From contig NC_091470.1 in assembly GCF_036971445.1 (NCBI RefSeq), positions 240,560,001-240,624,000 of the forward strand: DNA of 64,000 nt. Direction: 5' to 3'. A model generated the notes under the pieces. The model was given only the letters and a program-made list of their open reading frames with translations, searched no databases and was not told the origin of the DNA. Position numbers and translations under genes: made by a program. Shown here one piece after another: positions 1 through 11,364 of the stretch (the first letter of the stretch is position 1; every line of letters starts with the position of its first letter). Source of the stretch: Narcine bancroftii. Taxonomy: Eukaryota.

Positions 1-6
1 TATTTC

Positions 7-1400
7 TTGGAGAGAAGGCCTTTCACCATTTTTAACGACCACAAACCCTTCACTCAGGTGCTCACTATGGCAAGAGATCCCTGGTCGGCCCGCCAACAGC
101 GTCACCTCTCCTTAGTGTCGGAGTTCACCACTGACATTCGACACAAGGCGGGGAAAGACAACGTGGTTTCCGATGCACTCTCACGACCGGCCATTTGCGT
201 GTTGACACATGGCCTTGACTTCGACCAGCTTGCCCGGGACCAGAAGTCCAACGAGGAGATGCGGGCCTTCAGGACTGCCATCACGGGCCTGCGGTTCCAG
301 GACCTCCCGACTCCTCACGGTGAGGGCATCGTCCTGTGCGATGTCTCCATGGGCACCCCGCGACCAGTGGTTCCACAGCAGTGGCGCAGGCAAGTCTTCC
401 ACCGTATCCATGACCTTTCCCACCATTCCATCAGGTCCACGGTCCAAATGGTGGCAGAACGTTTCGTCTGGCACGGGCTTCGGAAGCAGATTGCAGACTG
501 GGCCAGAACCTGCACCCATTGCCAGCTTTCCAAGGTACACAGGCACACCACAGTGCCCGTACAAGATTTTGAACATGTCTGGGAACGGTTCAGCCACATA
601 CAAGTGGACACTGTCAGACCCTTACCCGTTTCCTGAGGTAACTGTTACCTTTTCACAGTGGTAGACCACATCACTCGTTGGCCCGAGGCAATCCCGATGC
701 TAGGTGCCTCCCCACAAACTCCTGCTCCCGAGTGCTTTTGAATGGCTGGGTTGCCCGGTTCAGCATCCTGAACCACCTCACCAGTGATCGGGGCGCCCAG
801 TTCACATCCGCGCTCTAGGCACAGCTCGCCAACAGGTTGGGGGATCAAGCTACATCACACCACGGCCTATCATCCACAGGTCAATGGGCTAGTGGAGCGA
901 TTGCACCACCTCCTTTAGTTGGCACTTATGGCCCACCTCACCGGCTCTGACTGGGTGGACGAGCTGCCTTGGGTGCTCCTGGGCATCTACTTGACACCCA
1001 AAGAAGACCTACAGGCGTCATCAGCCAAGCTGGTCTACGGTGCACTGCTAGCCCTACCTGGTGAGTTCGTCAATGCACCTCACAACCCCCAGCAGTCACC
1101 ACACAGTCTACTTCCCCGCCTCCGGGCACAGTTGGACTCCTTCACACCCCCACCACTACCCAGACACGGCACACAGGCATCTTACGAGCTGTACTCTGCA
1201 GAGTACGCTTTTATCAGGTGGGGCCCGTCCACAGCATCTCTACAAAGATCATTCAAAGGGCCGTACAAAGTCATCCAGCATTCAAATCCACTTTCACACT
1301 CCACATCGGTGTTAAGAGGGAACTGTTTACGGTGGACAGGTTAACGCCAGGCCACCTTGACACACCGAGCCAGTAGTTGTGGCCCAACCCAAGAAGCGAG
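7..1400 (+). pseudogene. Disrupted Gypsy pol (RNase H/integrase)
   Basis: In-frame TGA at 634-636 and further frameshifts split ORFs 7-636 and 919-1344. Confidence 0.88.
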
Positions 1401-1455
1401 GCTGCCTGGCAAAAAAGGACATTGGCGCCGGTTCTGGGGGGGTGGGGGGACGCTG

Positions 1456-1746
1456 TGTGGTGGTATGCCATTAGGCAGGTGAACCGGCCCCGCTTGTCAT
1501 GCACGCGGTGGGGTAGCAGGCTAAAATGGCACCGTTGGGGGTTTCCTCCCGACCTCGGCATTGGGCTCAGAGCCCGCACTTGGCGACCCATGTGACGCCC
1601 CGGTGATGTCGAGGACCCCCAGCGTGGTTCTCAGCCAGGTCCGGGCTAGCAGTATAAGACCAGCCAAACAGCCTGCAATAAATCAGTTTTGAACTCAACC
1701 CGTCTAGTTGTGCAATCCTTCAGTTATCAGTGCAGCCGCCGCTACA
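1456..1746 (+). repeat. 3' LTR of the Gypsy element
   Basis: TGTGGTGG...CCGCTACA termini just after the PPT; TATA-like TATAAG at about 1653; AATAAA at 1677-1682. Confidence 0.82.
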
Positions 1747-1997
1747 GTAGAAGGTATTCTCTCTGGTATTCTCTCTACTCTCCTTGCAAATTTCATTTCA
1801 GTAACTGTATTTTAAATAATTAACGAGATGTTAAAAATTTAGCACAATCTTCATTGTTCATAGCACAACACATCACACAATCTGGAGAATCCAACCGATG
1901 TGCAAAGAAAAGTAGTTCCAGTACTTGAATCTGTATACTTACAATACTGTATGTCCAAAGCAGTACAATAGTCAAGTCTAAAACCAATGTATTATGC

Positions 1998-2240
1998 TTA
2001 AACAACTGAAACAGATGAGAGAGGAGTTGACCAGGGTAGACTTGGAAAGTAGGCTATATGGAGGGACATTTGAGGAACAGTGGAAGACTTTCAAAGAGAT
2101 TTTTGACGATGCTCAACAAAAGTCTATTCCAGTTAAAAACAAGGACAGTAAAGGGTGGGGACAGCCAACCTTGAATAACTAAAGAAAAAAAGGAATGCAT
2201 CAAACTAAAGACTCATGCATAGAAAGTTGCCAAGAGCAGT
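1998..2240 (+). mobile_element. CR1 LINE ORF2 fragment (EN-RT linker)
   Basis: MREELTRVDLESRLYGGTFEEQWKTFKEIF is typical of the CR1 ORF2 linker. Confidence 0.7.
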
Positions 2241-2482
2241 TTTTTACTTGCTTTTTTTTAAATTTTGGTAGGTTAGATGGGGTTTTAACAATTATTTTTT
2301 TCTCTTCTCTGAATATTCCAAATTGAGGAGAATGGGATAATATTGTTTAAAAAACTATAATGTTATACGTTATATTATGTATTACAATATACTGATGTTT
2401 CTGTTTTAACTATTTGATTCTGTATTCTCCTCATGTAATTGTTTACTATGATGTGCTTAATAAAAAGATTGAAAAAGAAAGA
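2241..2482 (+). mobile_element. L1 3'UTR fragment
   Basis: T-rich segment ending AATAAAAAGATTGAAAAAGAAAGA, like the L1 3' end at 31940-31964. Confidence 0.55.
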
Positions 2483-2699
2483 ACATTTTAAGTGCACTCT
2501 GAGCATCCAGTCAATAAATCTGCATTGAGGTAAAGGATTTTCTATTACTTGAAGACATTACAACAATCCAGAAATCGTGTCCATGCCTGTGTTAAGATAG
2601 TTTCATTGCTGCAAATGACAACCCAACTTCCTGAGAGGAGAATGGGGTGGGGGCGGGATTAAAATGATAGGTCTGTTAGACAAACATTAACAAGGTTAA

Positions 2700-3830
2700 A
2701 ATGTTATGAGCTGTAATGTTGAGTGTGCCTCTTCAGGCTCCTTCCTGATGGTAGGAGAGGGAGAAGGACACGGCCTGGGTGAAGGTCATTGATAGAGACT
2801 GCTTTCTAGAGACATTGGCTCTTAAAAATATCCATAATGGAGTGAAGACATACCAATAATGGTGATGGCTGAGTTTAAAACCCTCTGTCTTGTGCATTGG
2901 CACCTCCATACCAGACAGTGATGAAACCAGTCAGAATGCTCTTTACAGCAAATTTGCCAGAATCTTTGATGACATAATAAATTTCCTGAAACTCCAAAAA
3001 TATAGCCGCTGGCAAAGCCTTCGTCATGATTACGTCGACATGGAGTCCCCACAATAGACCTTCTGAGATGTTAACACCCAGGAATTTGTAATTCTTTACC
3101 CTTTCCACTGCTGATCTCTCGATGATTTGCTTTCTCCTGATTTCCACCCTCCTGAAGTCCACTACCAATTCCTTCATTTTGCTAACGTTGATTGCAAGGT
3201 TGTTATTGTGACACCACTCAACTAGCCACACAGACATAGGTACAGAGAGAGTAGAGCACACATCCTAGAGGGGGGGCCTGTGTTGTAAGATGTTCTTACT
3301 GATCTACAATGACTGTGGGCTTTTGATGAGAAAGTCAAGGATCCAGTTGCAGAGGCCCAGGTTCTGAAGCTTGCTGACCAGTACTGAGATGATCTGTTGA
3401 AAGTTGAGCTGTAATCGATAAAAAGCAGTCTAATGTACATATTGCTGTTGTTCACGTGATCCAAATGGAAAGCCAGTGAGATTGCATCTGCTGTGGAATG
3501 ACTGTGGCAGTTGGCAAATTGCAGTGGGTCCTGGTCTTTTCTCAGGTACGTTAATTCTGGCATGATCAACCTCTCAATACATTTCATTACAGTAAATGCA
3601 AGTGCAACTGATAGTCAATGAGGCAGCGGTACAATTAATGCACTTTTGAAACAGGTGGGAACCTCCAATTGCAGCAGTGAGAGATTGAAAATGCCTGGAG
3701 GTGTATAAACACTCTGGTTGGTTGTCAGAGGTGTTCAGTACTCTGCCAGGTATGCATTAGGAAAGGCATCACTCTATTGAACTATGTTCTGACATTGGCC
3801 TCTAGGACACATGTCACAGGGTCATCTCTG
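2700..3830 (-). mobile_element. Rex1/Babar-type LINE RT fragment, decayed
   Basis: ORFs 3222-3587 (DPLQFA...STADAISLAFH...IRLLFIDYSSTFN) and 2875-3261 (WCHNNNLAINVSKMKELVVDFRR, YKFLGVNISE). Confidence 0.85.
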
Positions 3831-3879
3831 TAAGAGCAATGCAGTCAAAGGGATTGATTTAGACATCTTAACATCTTAT

Positions 3880-4625
3880 AATCCACATTTCTAGAATTCC
3901 TCACCTCCAGACCCCAAGACCCCAATCAATGCAGATTCATAAGATGATCTCCTCCACAATCGCCATCAGCATCGGAGCACCAAAGGGCTGAATTCTTAGC
4001 CCCCTGCTCTACTTGCTTTGCACCTATGACTGTGGGGCTCGGTACAACACCACCAATGAAATATTTTCTGCATAAAAAGGGGAAATGAGTCACCAGAGGG
4101 GAGAATGAAAACTTGACTGAATGGTGTATTAACAATGACTTTTTACTCAATGTCACCAAAGGTGTATGATCCTGTAATCATTGTGGGATCAGAGGTGGAG
4201 AGGGGGAGCAAATTTAAATTCCTGGGAGTCACCATCCTGAAGGACTATTCCTGAATCCAACACACACGTCATCACGCAGAAAGCACATCAGCACCATGAC
4301 TTCAAGTGTTTGCAGAGGTTTGTTATTACACTGGAAATATTGGCAAACCTTTGGAGAATAGTAATGGAAAGCGTGGTAACCTGCTGCAATCTGGCCTGGT
4401 ATTGGTGGGGGTGGGGTGGGGTGGGGGAAACCACCATCTAAGCAGAAAGCCCTGTAAGAGGTAGATATCTACATGGACTGCTGCTGTCAGAGAGCAGCAG
4501 CAACCATCATGGATCCACACCACCCAGAATGTGCTCAGAAAAGAGGTGTAAGTGCCACAAGGCTTGTATTACCAAGATCAGGAACAGTTGCTAGCCCTCC
4601 GCCATCAGACTGCTAAACAACAATC
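3880..4625 (+). mobile_element. Rex1/Babar-type LINE fragment, decayed
   Basis: Relics of GAPQG.LSPLL, FKFLGVTI and RNSC.PSAIRLLN; homologous to 17250-17965. Confidence 0.7.
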
Positions 4626-5029
4626 TCGATCAGTGTAAGGATTAAAATAACTTGCAAACATATTCTGCAAGAAACCAGCAGATAATGTTGACATTCTTTG
4701 AGTGTCTCCGTTACAACCGGGTTCAAGGTTATATGGCTTGCTTTTTGCATTTTCCTTTATTCTGTGAATATGGATAGAATGGAGAAGAAAGGAAATGGTT
4801 TGAATACTTTTATTGACCATTAAAATCATTGTTTAATTGTTTTATCATAGTTTTTAGTACTGTATAAGTAGTAGTAATATGGTAACTAATAAGGTTAAAT
4901 AAACTGTGAAAAACTCAACTACAACTTTAGTACGGACTTTGCTTTGAACAAGTCATAAACATCGACACTAGCCTTTCCAAGCAATTATAAAGGAAGATAG
5001 TACCAATAATCAGCGACTCATTTAAAGAC

Positions 5030-5665
5030 TCTCATTTTACATATTATTCATTTTGAATATTTATTTTCTGTGTACATTTCTTTCTTTGTTTATATTCTCT
5101 TTACTTGAGTACAGTCTTTTGTAATACCACAAAGTAGAAATTCTACCTGGTCCGCAGAATAAAAGAACCTCCAGGTTATATGTGATGCCACACAAGCCTA
5201 CTGACAATAAATCTGAACTTGGAACCTGTGATCCTGATGTGTGCATCTTTGCTGTCTAAGTGTTCCAGGATGTTGCGTAGAGCCAGTAAGATTGACATCT
5301 GCAGTAGACCTGTTGCTGCAGTTAGCTATTTGGAATGGATTGATGTCGCTGCTCAAAGAGGAGTCGATTTTCAACACCAGCCTTTCAAAATACTTCATCA
5401 CTGTGGATGTGAGTCCCACTGCTCATTCAAGCAGGTTACCTACCATGCTCTTCTTGGGCATAGGCCCAATTGAGTGAGGCCTTTTTGAAACAGGTGAGCA
5501 TCACACCCTACCAGAATGAAATTTCAAAGACATCCATGAATACATTGGCATCTTAGCCAGGTTTTCAATCCTCAGCTTGGGACTCTGCCCGGACTGAATG
5601 CTTTCCTTCGATTTACTTTGCTGAAGGCAGCCTGCACGTCATCCTCCGATACTGACAGAGGATCA
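5030..5665 (-). mobile_element. Rex1/Babar-type LINE fragments, decayed
   Basis: ORF 5198-5419 (LTSTVMKYFERLV...INPFQIA.CSNRSTAD) plus a family-type 3' UTR. Confidence 0.7.
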
Positions 5666-5676
5666 TCAGGGGACAC

Positions 5677-5701
5677 GGGGGGGGGGGGGGGGGGGGGGGG
5701 G
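5677..5701. repeat. Poly-G tract
   Basis: About 25 consecutive G. Confidence 0.95.
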
Positions 5702-7044
5702 TGCAGAGTTCTTCCTTGTGCTAGTGTTCAAATGGGGCATCGAAGACATTATTTGGGAGTGAGGCTTTACTGTCTCTTACTGCACGGGAGACTTCTGGCT
5801 CCCGCCATCTGACTGAAAGGCTTGTGATCTGGCTCTCATCAAATTCTCATTGTTCATAGTGGGCTTATGGTTGGGGAAAAATTTGATTTTTCAAATTTTC
5901 AAACTCGTCTACAGTCCATTTTGATAATCCGTGCTATTTTGCTGCTTTTATGGTTTCCAATTTTTTTAAATTTAAAAATTGCTGACCAGTTTTCTATACT
6001 GTGTAGGAAAATATCTATCCCGTTTTAATTTTTGCTATTTTTCACTCATTATTTCATTATGTTTACATACAAATATGCCATGCTCTTTGGCCAATTTTCA
6101 TTAAAATGGACATTTGATATTTAATTTTGACATTCAGAGTTTGTCACTGTGCATGCATGAACTGCCTTGAACACTGGATCAAAGCTTTGCATTGTAAAGT
6201 GTGAGTGGTAGTTGATATGCAATGACAGCCAATCTGCATACAGACAATTCTCACACAGGCATCTTCCAACCCTTGGAATTGCAGAGTAAGCAAGTTATCT
6301 TTAATTCTAGGGTATTACCCAAGAAGAAAATAAAACTTTTCACTATTCCTTTATTTCATTTTCCTTTTGCAAGTGTTTACTTGTGTAATATTATTCTTCA
6401 AATTTAATTCAATGTCTTCAAAGTACTTTGAGAAACCCTTGAAAACGGTTCAATAAACTTCAATGTTTATCTTGCTCTAAAATCCTTGTGTTTTCAGTGC
6501 TTGACAAGCAGCATCATCCTGGTGCGCTGAAGGGGGTCAATTTCCATGCCATTAGATTCTGGCTCAATAAACACCCTTTCACGTGCCCAAAATAAATCCA
6601 ACCTTGAATTTTTTTTCTCCAGTATGCAATACGTACAGTGCAATTTCTATTTTGGCTGCCATGATGTAATTTAAATTTCTGTTGCTGGATGATCTGAGGA
6701 CTGGATTTCTGGAATATTACTGTTTCCCTAAACAAGTTCCTCCACATACACAATCAGAAAGTATCCAATAATAGGTCAAATATTCACTTCTGAAGAGAAA
6801 TAACAAACGGACAGATTAACTTTGTTCTAACAAAATAAATAATACTACTGCATGACTACTTCCATCTTGCCTTGAATTCTAGAACTTGCTAAGCACAAGG
6901 CATTAAAAGGAAACCAGTACATAAGCAAAAATAACATGAATGAGTCCCACACAGACACAGTAAAATACACAAAAGGTAGAGAAAACATTCGCAATGATAG
7001 GGTAAAATTAATGTTAAAATTCATATAAAATTGATTGGACATAC

Positions 7045-7084
7045 CCTCAGGTGGAGCTCTTGGACTGCTAGAAGATTCACAGGG
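7045..7084 (-). other. Candidate exon (40 nt)
   Basis: gactag|CCCTGT...CTGAGG|gtatgt in unique sequence; reads PCESSSSPRAPPE or PVNLLAVQELHLR. No homology recognised. Confidence 0.25.
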
Positions 7085-7419
7085 CTAGTCAGCACGTGAA
7101 AAATGAATGACACTTAGAGTGGCTGGCAGGCCAAGTGAGTCAGAGTGGAGGAAATAAATAGGTTTGTGGCCAATTCAATACTTTTTGTACATTATAGTGT
7201 ATGTACATGCATAAATCCTTGATGTGAAACTTCTCGGAATACAAATGACATCAAGGAACATTGTCACAATCTATTTCAATATTTGAGCTTTCGTGCAGCC
7301 TTAGATAATGGGAGATTCCTTTTCCACACAAATGGATGCTTTACCTAAGAGAATGGATCATGAAGGCAGCACTCCTTCCACATTTTATAAAAGGTTGACC
7401 ACTTATTATTCGAAGGAGC

Positions 7420-7625
7420 AAAGGCAGAAAATTCTGAAATTTTGAGCAGAGTAAACAACCAACTGCTAAAAAAGTGCAGAAGGCCAAGCAACATCTGTGG
7501 AGGCAAATGGGAGATAGTTCAGGGTCATGACCTGAAAAATTGATCATCCTTTCACCTCCACAGATGCTGCTCAACCTGTTAAGTCCTTTGGCAATAAGCT
7601 CCATATTCCAAACTCTTCTGTCTCT
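7420..7625. mobile_element. Penelope-derived terminal repeat remnant
   Basis: CAGATGCTGCTCAACCTG...GCTCCA.ATTCCA pattern resembling the Penelope ends near 55200-55320 and 58660-58800. Confidence 0.45.
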
Positions 7626-8619
7626 GTTAACTGCGGAGGAAAAACAGGAGAAAATTGGATTTTCTGAATTGACTATATCCTTAAACATCTTGAAACACTC
7701 AAACTATCTATGTTAATTTTCATATCTGAAGAGGGAAGTTAGTTCAAAATGTACTCAATCCAAATGAAACTTTATGCAAAATTTGCAAACTTTAGAACTT
7801 AGAAGTCTTAAAAATATTCAAAACTTCCCCTTTGATCTTTCCTTTATAAAATGACTTCTGAAGATTCACTACCTTCAGGGGAAAAGTAAAATCACCTAAT
7901 TTTTGTTGAATGGACAACTTATTTTAAAACATTGACCCTTAAGTTCTATATCCCCTACACAATGACCACCTTGTTGAGATCCCTCAGTATCATACGTTTT
8001 CAACCACTGCATCCACTCACTAAACTCCCAAGTCTAGCCTATCCAATTTTTCTTCATACGACAATATCACTTTCCAGGTATCCAGTTGACGAAGCTCTGA
8101 ACATATTCCTATGCAAATAACACAAAGAGATTAATGTGGTACTCCTGATGTGGTTGCACTAATTCCCTATGGAACTGAGGCAAGATCTTTGATTTAAATT
8201 CCTCTCACAGCAATGACATCTGTATACTAACCTTTGGAGAATCATGCCTTAGAACAACTAGATTTTGCTATGGAATCTTTACCTTTTACATTGCAGAATT
8301 CAATATCTCAACATTTAGATCATATGTTTGACTTTTCCTGCCAAAACAATCTCACATTCTTATATAAAAAAATTTGTTAGTTCTTTACCTGGCCTAACCC
8401 TCAATTTACTCTCCTACATTTTCATCACCGGATCCAAACTCTTACACACAATCCTTATATCCATACACACAAAAAATGCATAATTGAGAACAATCACTAA
8501 CATGCAATAAATGAATCCTGAGGATCAACCAAGTGGTATTACAATTTTAATAACCAGCAAACAAGCCATGAAACTTAATACACAATCCACACAAGCTGTG
8601 GGCGTCTTGAGGTCAAAGG

Positions 8620-8945
8620 ATTCACACCAGACTGTGGACTGCTGGAAACTGGTTTATGAGAACCAGGTATTGGAACCGGGATTTGAGAGGAGGCTGAGGG
8701 AAAGAAGGGCTCTCAAAGGGTCCTGGCACTGAAGGTTTCCTCATCGAGTTGGAGGTTTGAATCTGGTCTTGGATTACCAACGGTTTGAACTGAACTGGAT
8801 TCTTGTGCACCTGCAGAGGCTGTGGGACCCTCTGAGGAGGACGTTTTTGCTTCACTTTCTCTGATTTTAAGGGGTGTCGGGCAATACTACACTCACTGCT
8901 CAAAAAAGAAAATATTTATGCTTGAATTTCAATTTAATAAATCTA
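8620..8945 (+). mobile_element. Interspersed non-LTR/SINE-like repeat
   Basis: Similar to 40050-40330 (TTTCTCTGA.T.TAAG.GG.GTC..GCAAT core); ends near AATAAA. Confidence 0.5.
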
Positions 8946-9097
8946 TTATTGCTAAATCACATTACCACAGACCAGCAGTAGACTTGTAGACAAATCATTA
9001 TCAGTCTACAGGTACAGCTCCCAGAATCCAACCCAAAATTATCTACAGTATTTAGCATTTCCAGCTAAACATGCTACAAATGCTAAAATTGTAATAC

Positions 9098-9187
9098 CTT
9101 TACAAAATTGGAACTTTCATCAATACCAACTCTTGCAATGTTAATTTGGAGGGAAGAGTGCTGGTGTTGGTGGTGTATGTTTTTAAT
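9098..9187 (-). other. Candidate exon (90 nt, phase 0-0)
   Basis: ctcttcacag|ATTAAA...GTAAAG|gtatta; only one frame is fully open (IKNIHHQHQHSSLQINIARVGIDESSNFVK). No homology recognised. Confidence 0.3.
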
Positions 9188-10279
9188 CTGTGAAGAGTAC
9201 CACCCATTATGCTTCAACAAAAGGAATAATATCAAACTGTTAATACCTTCAGTTTTGCATAAATGGAGAGAGTACTGAAATGAAAGGACCCTAGCCCAGA
9301 GATCAAGGGCAGTAGATTTATAGAGTATGGAAGGAATCATTCTGCCCAGAGTTTGTACCAGCTTTTTCACAGCAACCTTGCAAACCCAGACTTCCCCCTA
9401 CCAAACTAATCCTCAAAACCTAGCATGTTTTTCCTTGAAAAAATTTATATAGTCTTTTGAATGCTACAGCTGAATCTGCCTCTACTACTATCCCTACCTC
9501 TATAAATAAAATCATTAGTTTTGGTTATTTTGTCAACTACTTCAATCCTGATGATTGGAACATTTGTTATCTACTTTCCTAATGATTTTAACCATTTCTA
9601 CTCAATCTCTTTACATCTGATGCTCCAAGCAGCCGATCTTCTGTAACCCAAAACCTAAATGCATGTATATGGCTAAACTAGCATTTTAACTCTGATTTCC
9701 TTGCACTCCACATCCATTTGTAAAGTCCAGCATTGCACATGCTATTTTAAAATAATTTTCTCAACCCATCCTACTATTTTCAAAGAGTTTAACAAATAAA
9801 CCAATATTTTGTTTTTCTGTACTTCTATTTACAATTGTGCCTTCAAATTGTTGTGCTCTATTCAGTCTAAAACTAAATTTAATCTGCCACCTATTCCCAT
9901 TTGGCCATATTGTCTATATGTGAATTACTATTTCTTCCCGCTGCCTGCCTCCATGGCACTTCACTTACCCTTCAAATTGGGATTCCTCCAAATTTGAAAA
10001 TTAAGGCCCGTACATTCAAGTACCCAGAAAGCAGTAGACCTAATTCTAGTTTCTGGAGGAAGACCATTTCACAATTCCTTCAAATCTGAAAAACAATCTT
10101 TCATTATTATTGTTTCCTATAACTTAAGTTTATTCTATGAGCTTTACTCTCTTTGACAGCATTGTTACATGTCACTTTTTTGACCATTTGGAGAACTTTC
10201 TCACTAAAGGAGGTTAAATTGAGTCTTTGATTACCAAGTTTATCCCAACATCCTTTTGGCAACAACTTTGACACTATCC

Positions 10280-10805
10280 TAGTTAATTTTCTCTTTCAAT
10301 CTTATTGATATCTTCCCTGTCATTAGGTGATCACAACTGCACACAAGACTCCAATTTTGGCTTCACCGTAAACTCCACACTTTGAAACTCAGTACTTTGA
10401 TATATGAAGGCCAATATGACAAAAACTCTCTTTACAACTCTTTCCATCTGTGACAGCACTTTCCCTCTGTTCTACCGCACTCCTCAGTGCCCGACCGTTC
10501 ACCGTCTTTTCATGGTTTGTCCTTCAAAACGCAACACTTCACAGTTGTTCATGTTAAATTCCATCTGCTGTTTATTCCAGCTGGTCCAGATCCCTCTGCA
10601 AGCTTTGAAAACCTTCCTTGCTGTCCACAACGCTTCTGATCTGAAAATTGTCTGCAAACTTGCTGATCCAATCACCACATTGTTGTCCAGATTGTGGATC
10701 TAGATGACAAGCTACGCTGGTCCCAGCACACCACTAGTCACAGGCCTCCAGTCTGAGAAGCTATTGTCCACGGCCACTCACTGGCTTCTCCCACACAGCC
10801 AATGT
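10280..10805 (-). mobile_element. CR1 LINE RT fragment
   Basis: Nearly the same text as 12190-12620; minus strand reads WISKFAD and similar. Confidence 0.8.
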
Positions 10806-10880
10806 TTTTGAATATTTTAATAGGAGATTTCACATCCAAAGTACAGAGTACCTATGGATAGACGTTAAAATTCTCAAAGA

Positions 10881-11143
10881 TCTTTCTCTTTCTCTTTGGC
10901 TTGGCTTCGCGGACGAAGATTAATGGAGGGGTAATGTCCACGTCAGCTGCAGGCTCGTTTGTGGCTGACAAGTCCGATGCAGGACAGGCAGACACGGTTG
11001 CAAGGGAAAATTGGTTGGCTGGGGTTGGGTGTTAGGTTTTTCCTCCTTTGTCTTTTGTCAGTGAGGTGGGCTCTGCGGTCTTCTTCAAAGGAGGTTGCTG
11101 CCCGCCGAACTGTGAGGCGCCAAGATGCACGGTTTGAGGCGAT
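10881..11143 (-). mobile_element. 5'-truncated RTE copy (3' end only)
   Basis: Close match to 18290-18555 (TTTGGCTTGGCTTCGCGGACGAAGAT...TTTGAGGCG). Confidence 0.93.
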
Positions 11144-11162
11144 ACACTACACTTAAAATCAC

Positions 11163-11255
11163 CAATGCCTGAAGAGGGCGCACAAAATCAGTGAACCGGT
11201 GCGGACTTGAAAGGCCAACATGGCCTGTTTCCACTCTGTAAATGGTTGTGGTTAC
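11163..11255 (+). mobile_element. Short retroposon 3' end with CR1-like tail
   Basis: Near-identical to 57454-57552. Confidence 0.7.
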
Positions 11256-11364
11256 TGATGCTTGAAATATTATGGGCACGGCCTCTGGAATTTTTCTCCT
11301 TACTTCCTGAAGAATGAAGAATTAGAAAGATTGTCTATTTGGATTCTGATTAGATCCACTGAAC

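Larger units (their letters stand above)
1..1746 (+). mobile_element. Gypsy LTR retrotransposon, 3' part (RNase H end, integrase, PPT, 3' LTR); truncated by window start
   Basis: ORF 7-636 carries the RNase H motifs DHKP and NVVSDALSR, then the integrase Zn finger (H-DLS-H...CTHC). The integrase core continues through stops and frameshifts (TSDRGAQFTS, WVDELPWVLLG, GPYKV). A G-rich PPT sits at about 1436-1450. It resembles CsRn1/Kabuki-type pol (from recall, not searched). Confidence 0.93.
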
